From a virus (Duplodnaviria > Heunggongvirae > Uroviricota > Caudoviricetes): a DNA stretch of 11,722 nt. The notes beneath the pieces were generated by a model. That model was not told the DNA's origin. It saw only the letters and a list, made by a program, of their open reading frames with translations, and made no database searches. How positions within the stretch are numbered: the first letter of the stretch is position 1; each line of letters begins with the position of its first letter. Shown one piece after another: positions 7,069 to 11,722 of the stretch. A program made the translations under genes and the position numbers. The DNA lies in the IMG/VR virus record IMGVR_UViG_2671180606_000004, positions 1-11,722 of that record; one strand, given 5' to 3'.

Positions 7069-7605
7069 ATGTCATTTATTAAAACTTTTTCCGGGAAGCA
7101 TTTTTATTATGACAGGATAAATAAAGACGACATCGTTATTAACGATATCGCGGTTTCCCTTTCAAATATCTGCCGCTTTGCAGGACACCTTTCACACTTC
7201 TACAGCGTCGCCCAACATGCGGTGCTTTGCAGCATGCTGGTACCGCAGGAATTTGCTTTTGAAGCATTAATGCATGATGCAACAGAAGCGTATTGCCAGG
7301 ACATCCCCGCACCACTGAAACGCCTCCTTCCTGACTATAAACGGATGGAAGAAAAAATAGACGCCGTAATCCGTGAGAAATACGGGTTACCTCAGGCTAT
7401 GAGCACGCCCGTGAAATATGCCGATCTCATCATGCTGGCAACCGAACGCCGCGATCTCGGGCTTGATGATGGCTCTTTCTGGCCTGTACTGGAAGGTATC
7501 CCGGCAACAGAGATGTTCAACGTGATTCCACTGGCACCGGGCCATGCCTATGGGATGTTTATGGAACGCTTCAACGAGTTATCGGAGTTACACAAATACG
7601 CATAA
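7069..7605 (+). CDS. yfdR: HD-domain phosphohydrolase (YfdR-like, 5'-deoxynucleotidase-type), 178 aa
   Basis: H…HD…D motif (AQHAVLCS…LMHDATEAYCQDIP…); start at ATG 7069 (MSFIKTFSGKHFYYD…) with GGAG Shine-Dalgarno, rather than track start 7042; size matches K-12 YfdR as recalled. Confidence 0.85.
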   Translation: MSFIKTFSGKHFYYDRINKDDIVINDIAVSLSNICRFAGHLSHFYSVAQHAVLCSMLVPQEFAFEALMHDATEAYCQDIPAPLKRLLPDYKRMEEKIDAVIREKYGLPQAMSTPVKYADLIMLATERRDLGLDDGSFWPVLEGIPATEMFNVIPLAPGHAYGMFMERFNELSELHKYA

Positions 7606-7616
7606 ATGTTTTCGAA

Positions 7617-7957
7617 ATGGAAGGGTTTCTTCGCGGGAAATGTGTACCGCGAGATCTGAAAGTGAATGAAACAGATGCTGAATACCTGGTACGTAAATTC
7701 GATGCGCTTGAAGCTAAATGTGCAGCACTGGAAAAAAAGTAATACCAGTGTCAGCTGAACTGCCGCCAGCAAATGAAAGTGTTCTGTTATTTGATGCTAA
7801 TGGAGAAGGCTGGCTGATTGGCTGGCGTTCTCTCTGGTACACATGGGGGCAAAAAGAAACCGGAGAATGGCAGTGGACATTCCAGGTCGGGGACCTTGAA
7901 AACGTCAATATCACTCACTGGGCAGTAATGCCGAAAGCACCGGAGACTAAGAAATGA
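7617..7957 (+). pseudogene. yfdS: YfdS-like gene split into two frames at an A7 tract: 7617..7742 (41 aa, stop TAA) and the -1 frame continuing to 7957; frameshift mutation, homopolymer sequencing error or programmed -1 frameshift
   Basis: Upstream frame MEGFLRGKCVPRDLKVNETDAEYLVRKFDALEAKCAALEKK ends at TAA directly after the heptamer A AAA AAG (7733..7739); the -1 frame continues VIPVSAELPPANESVLLFDANGEGWLIGW… to 7957. Combined length about 114 aa (K-12 YfdS is 120 aa as recalled). Confidence 0.6.
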
Positions 7958-8169
7958 GCGTGATAAAAACTCATACAGGAATTGTTATCACGCAAGACGG
8001 TGACAAGCGGATGAAATTACATTCTACTGAAATGTCCTGGGTTGCCGGACGTTGTGAATCCTACGACAAAAAGACTGGTTACCATTGGGGGGCGCCAAAC
8101 ATGCGTCGCCGTCTGCTCCTGGACAGAATCAGGCCAATTAAACAGGTAGCAACCAGAGAGCAAAATTAA
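7954..8169 (+). CDS. Small hypothetical prophage protein, 71 aa (yfdT position)
   Basis: ATGA stop-start overlap with the preceding gene; GGAG Shine-Dalgarno 8 nt upstream. Confidence 0.6.
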   Translation: MSVIKTHTGIVITQDGDKRMKLHSTEMSWVAGRCESYDKKTGYHWGAPNMRRRLLLDRIRPIKQVATREQN

Positions 8170-8231
8170 TTATCAGGACTGGAATTTGATATTACTGCCC
8201 GTGTGCAGCGGGCTAAGTGGAGAAAAGACTC

Positions 8232-8456
8232 ATGAGCAACCGCTTCCTGACTGATGAAGAACTGATAGAGGCGACAGGGTCTTCCCAAAAGTCACTACAG
8301 AAAGAAGTCTTAACGCAGAATGGCATTTTTTTTATTGAACGCAGGGACGGTTCTGTAAAAACGACCTGGTTTCATATAAATCATCCCATTCATCGTTTGG
8401 CTCCACCAGCAGGTTTCTCGCCCACTCCGGGTATGAACTTTGATGCTATAGAGTGA
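8232..8456 (+). CDS. Putative excisionase / recombination directionality factor (small protein directly upstream of int), 74 aa
   Basis: ATG 8232 with GGAG Shine-Dalgarno (track start 8217 is GTG); stop 5 nt before int. Function inferred from position, size and N-terminal motif MSNRFLTDEELIEATG…; not similar to lambda Xis. Confidence 0.55.
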   Translation: MSNRFLTDEELIEATGSSQKSLQKEVLTQNGIFFIERRDGSVKTTWFHINHPIHRLAPPAGFSPTPGMNFDAIE

Positions 8457-8460
8457 AATT

Positions 8461-9447
8461 ATGGGTCGAAAACGAGCACCTGGTAATGAATGGATGCCGA
8501 AGGGGGTATATTTCCGCCCTTCTGGCTACTACTGGAAACCAGGGGGAACAACAGAAAAAATTGCATCAGCCAATGCAACAAAAGCAGATGTCTGGGTTGC
8601 TTTTGAAAAAATTGTAGAGGGGAGAAAAAGACGAATAACTTTTGCCCAGCTTTGGAAGAAATTTCTCAATAGTGCCGATTATGCAGATTTGGCACCACGA
8701 ACTCAAAAGGATTATCTAGCCCACGAAAAATATCTCCTTGCTGTTTTTGGCGAAGCGGAAGCAAAGACTATTAGACCAGAACATGTAAGGCGGTATATGG
8801 ATGCCAGAGGAAAGAAAAGTCGTGTCCAAGCTAACCATGAGCACAGTTCAATGTCTCGGGTATTTCGTTGGGGATACCAACGAGGATATGTTCCTGGAAA
8901 TCCTTGCGTTGGAGTAGATAAATTCCCTAAACCAAAGCGTGATCGCTACATCACAGATGAGGAATACATGGCGATTTATGAACACGCCAGTGAGCCAGTT
9001 AAAGCCGCAATGGAAATAGCTTATTTATGTGCAGCGAGGGTATCCGATGTCTTGAAAATGGACTGGCCGCAGATAATGGATAAAGGAATTTTTATTCAGC
9101 AGGGCAAGACGGGAGTTAAGCAGATCAAGGCGTGGACTGATCGCCTGCGCGCGGCAGTTGATATTTGCAGATCGTGGGGGGAAACAGGGTCAGTAATTAA
9201 AACCATGTATGGAGAGCGTTACTCTTACAAGGGGTTTAATGAGGCATGGCGAAAAGCAAGAACAGCGGCAGCCAACTATCTTGGAAGACCTCTGGATTGT
9301 ACATTTCATGATCTGAAAGCTAAAGGAATTTCTGACTATGAAGGATCATCAAAAGAAAAGCAGCTATTTAGTGGGCACAAAACTGAATCACAAGTCATGG
9401 TTTATGATAGAAAAATACGCATCACACCAACATTAAATAAAAATTAG
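8461..9447 (+). CDS. int: Tyrosine site-specific integrase, lambda Int family, 328 aa
   Basis: Aligns with lambda Int as recalled: N-terminal MGRKR…GYYW arm-binding region, catalytic-domain landmarks AARVSDV (Arg-I), QGKTGVK (Lys), TFHDLK (box II His), GHK, VMVYDR (Tyr nucleophile). Confidence 0.95.
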   Translation: MGRKRAPGNEWMPKGVYFRPSGYYWKPGGTTEKIASANATKADVWVAFEKIVEGRKRRITFAQLWKKFLNSADYADLAPRTQKDYLAHEKYLLAVFGEAEAKTIRPEHVRRYMDARGKKSRVQANHEHSSMSRVFRWGYQRGYVPGNPCVGVDKFPKPKRDRYITDEEYMAIYEHASEPVKAAMEIAYLCAARVSDVLKMDWPQIMDKGIFIQQGKTGVKQIKAWTDRLRAAVDICRSWGETGSVIKTMYGERYSYKGFNEAWRKARTAAANYLGRPLDCTFHDLKAKGISDYEGSSKEKQLFSGHKTESQVMVYDRKIRITPTLNKN

Positions 9448-9451
9448 ACTC

Positions 9452-9473
9452 TAAGTGCGCGTTAGCGCACTTA
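9452..9473. terminator. Perfect inverted repeat TAAGTGCGC-GTTA-GCGCACTTA between convergent int and the AT-rich operon; candidate bidirectional terminator
   Basis: 9-bp perfect stem with 4-nt loop in the 23-bp gap between convergent stops; the stop codon of the 265-aa gene lies in the 3' arm; T-rich flank on the plus side. Confidence 0.4.
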
Positions 9474-10268
9474 TTCAAATAGTTCAGGGAATACTAATTG
9501 TAGTGAATTCATGAATTTATCAATATCTTCAGGAGGTTCTTGCTCACGAAACCACTTGTCACACACTTCATTGACATAAATTTTCGCTTGTCCGACCTTC
9601 AAGGATTTATTCTCTCGTCCACTTTTATCAGCAGGGTTATAGTGCAAACTTAAAATAAAATTTCTAACCTTTACTTCTTTTCCCTTTTTTGAAACTATAT
9701 TGTAGTCAAAATAACATTCATCACCGGTAAACGCATTTGCTATGGGGCTCTTTTTAAAATGATATCGGCACTCATCAAGCCTATCAGAAATAGCCTTATA
9801 TTTTTCAAAATCACCAGAGCTAAGGTAGCTGAACCAATTTTTAAAGTAACTTAATGAATCAAGTTTCTGATGGTAAATAAAGAAACCTGCATGTTTCTCA
9901 TCAGAAATATATCTTGTTACTAACTGTAACATGCCTTCAAAGACACCATTATACGAATTCCCTCTTTTTGCTTCAGCGAGCCAAGTAAAGCTCTGATCAC
10001 GATCCTGAACTGTAATATCGACGGAACCATTAGATTTTGTTTGTTCAGATGCGTTGTACCCAACACCTTTGAGAAATAAAACCAGTAAATTAGTGATCTT
10101 ATCTTCATCATCTGAATAATATTTATCCGCAGTCTTCTCAATATGCTTAATTGCATTATTTATATCGGCATATAGACTTTGTACAAACACATCCTCATCG
10201 AATGGCTTCAAGTTTACCAGCGCGGCTAATTCGGCAGGTGTTATATTTTGAAGAAAATTATTTGACAT
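9471..10268 (-). CDS. Hypothetical protein, 265 aa, third gene of the AT-rich operon; possible PD-(D/E)xK nuclease-like core (…GSVDITVQD…FTWLAEAKRG…)
   Basis: Long ORF in a visibly AT-rich segment; ATG overlaps the stop of the upstream gene by 11 nt. The D…E-x-K spacing is the only motif recognised and is an inference. Confidence 0.7.
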   Translation of the reverse strand: MSNNFLQNITPAELAALVNLKPFDEDVFVQSLYADINNAIKHIEKTADKYYSDDEDKITNLLVLFLKGVGYNASEQTKSNGSVDITVQDRDQSFTWLAEAKRGNSYNGVFEGMLQLVTRYISDEKHAGFFIYHQKLDSLSYFKNWFSYLSSGDFEKYKAISDRLDECRYHFKKSPIANAFTGDECYFDYNIVSKKGKEVKVRNFILSLHYNPADKSGRENKSLKVGQAKIYVNEVCDKWFREQEPPEDIDKFMNSLQLVFPELFE

Positions 10269-10689
10269 TTAATATACAGTAAAAAGAAATGTTATTAACA
10301 TCGAAATCATCTATTTCGCGCCCAGACAATAAACTGATCGGAGAAATATCACAAATCAGAGCATTATAGTAGCATTCTGCTGAAATAGGGATTTCTTCAC
10401 CATCAAAATCATAATAGCAATAAGTTATATTAAATAATTTAGAATGTGCACCACAAAAATAACGGACTAACTTTAGCAAATCCGAGTCCGATTCACAGCC
10501 TGCCGCTTGCCTTAATACATTAATCGGGTAATAATTTTTATCATAATTATTTTGAATGAAATCCAAAACATTATTGAATAGAAAGATATCTTCTTCAGGA
10601 AAGATATCTTTCATTTCATCCAATAATATCCTTTGTTCAGACAAAAGCATCATTATGACCTTGATTCTATCATTTTCGTGAGATGACAT
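10258..10689 (-). CDS. Hypothetical protein, about 143 aa, middle gene of the AT-rich operon
   Basis: ORF overlapping both neighbours (about 20 nt upstream, 11 nt downstream), suggesting translational coupling; start taken at ATG 10689 (track start 10695 is TTG). No family recognised. Confidence 0.65.
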   Translation of the reverse strand: MSSHENDRIKVIMMLLSEQRILLDEMKDIFPEEDIFLFNNVLDFIQNNYDKNYYPINVLRQAAGCESDSDLLKLVRYFCGAHSKLFNITYCYYDFDGEEIPISAECYYNALICDISPISLLSGREIDDFDVNNISFYCILNVK

Positions 10690-11722
10690 TTTCAATTAAA
10701 CCATTTAATGAGATTGTATCTTCAGGAAAATCAACATAAAATTCGCCACAAAAATTATCATCCAACCAAGATTTCTTATTTGGATCTAGACCCAATTCTG
10801 TAAAGTCACCATTATTTCTGTAAAATCTTACGGCTACAGCACGTGGTGTATAAATATCATTTCTTTTCTTATTAGTAATCTCGACATCTCGAGCTTCATA
10901 TGTCGGATCTTTGCGGCCAATGACATTAGCATCACAACCTGTATTAGAACCAACATAAATTATCTGAACTGCTTTCCCGAACGATCTATCAGTAATAATG
11001 CTATTGATCACATTATAAAAATTCAATTGTTTGAAATGAATAGTATTATTAGTACTGATGAGCATATCAAAAAATTTATTACGCACCGATGCAAGCGCTT
11101 TTGCTGTCTCCCGTTTCCCTAAATTTTTTGGAAGACGATACTCGATCCTATTTTTATTATGGGGAACAAATACTGTTATAAATTGTTGCTGTGGGGTATA
11201 CGATAGTCCTAAACCGCGACTTCCCTTAATCTTAACACTATAAACATATGAGAAAATAAAAGCAAAGCCATCGCCAGTATCAATTAATTTAGTCAGATAA
11301 AGACCTTTGATATTGTTCCCAAGTGAATTACCATCATATAACTTTCTTGGATAAGAATTTTCATACCTTGAATCAGTTACACTTGTACTAAAAACATGTT
11401 GGATCACACTTTGGAAATTTGGGTCTTGTGTTTCGTCAATAGAATAATAGTGACTACCAGAGATTATTATTCTATCGATCATTTTCTCAAGTGAATTTAA
11501 TGTAGCATTAGGAAATGCAGCTGTTGGATTCTGTATAGATGCCTCGATTGCCTTCAAAACCGCATCCATTCCACCTTTAACAGGTGGAAATCCATACACA
11601 GTTGCTATCTGAGAAATAAATGAATATAGATTGGTCTGCTCAAGCGCAGTAATCAAATCAGATAATACTTGTTGACTATTGTTGGCAACAACAGGCGTAG
11701 CAAATGCGCTAGATGAATTCAT
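10670..11722 (-). CDS. Hypothetical protein, at least 350 aa, first gene of the AT-rich operon; the ATG coincides with the last 3 nt of the window, so the true start and promoter may lie beyond the window
   Basis: Uninterrupted 350-codon frame in an AT-rich segment; no Walker or other catalytic motif recognised by eye. Confidence 0.7.
   Translation of the reverse strand: MNSSSAFATPVVANNSQQVLSDLITALEQTNLYSFISQIATVYGFPPVKGGMDAVLKAIEASIQNPTAAFPNATLNSLEKMIDRIIISGSHYYSIDETQDPNFQSVIQHVFSTSVTDSRYENSYPRKLYDGNSLGNNIKGLYLTKLIDTGDGFAFIFSYVYSVKIKGSRGLGLSYTPQQQFITVFVPHNKNRIEYRLPKNLGKRETAKALASVRNKFFDMLISTNNTIHFKQLNFYNVINSIITDRSFGKAVQIIYVGSNTGCDANVIGRKDPTYEARDVEITNKKRNDIYTPRAVAVRFYRNNGDFTELGLDPNKKSWLDDNFCGEFYVDFPEDTISLNGLIENVISRK

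Noticed and set aside
7548-7914. Minus-strand ORFs 7548..7772 and 7714..7914
   Set aside because: Antisense to the HD-domain and yfdS-like genes; junk-like composition.
9920-11243. ORF 9920..10156 (-) and ORF 11058..11243 (+) within the AT-rich operon
   Set aside because: Alternative frame or antisense of longer ORFs; in AT-rich DNA stop codons are frequent, so the three long minus-strand ORFs are much more credible.
1-11722. Search for tRNA, rRNA, CRISPR arrays and IS elements or transposases
   Set aside because: No spaced direct-repeat array, no tRNA-like T-arm motif in the few non-coding gaps, no transposase-like ORF or terminal inverted repeats; nearly all of the window is protein-coding.

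Overview
Mosaic, defective lambdoid prophage (about 50% GC by eye) followed by a visibly AT-rich three-gene operon of unknown function. All homology calls are from memory of phage lambda and E. coli K-12 CPS-53 proteins; no search was run. Minus strand (lambda rightward direction): cro-like, cII-like, a small ORF with a possible frame break, then a chimeric ORF fusing a replication-initiator DNA-binding domain in frame to the C-terminal ~100 aa of capsid protein E, then FI, FII, Z, U and a truncated V. This implies one internal deletion from the replication gene into E and a second junction inside V near the window start. Plus strand: CI-like repressor (HTH + S24 peptidase) divergent from cro, an ORF-poor GC-rich spacer with a strong terminator hairpin, a yfdP/Q/R/S/T-like block (the yfdS-like gene is broken at an A AAA AAG tract), an excisionase-like gene and a lambda-family tyrosine integrase. 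Convergent on int is the AT-rich operon (350, 143 and 265 aa, overlapping genes, no family recognised), which is the best candidate for an undescribed accessory or defence system. A heptamer AACTAAG recurs five times around the repressor gene. No rRNA, tRNA, CRISPR array or IS element was seen.
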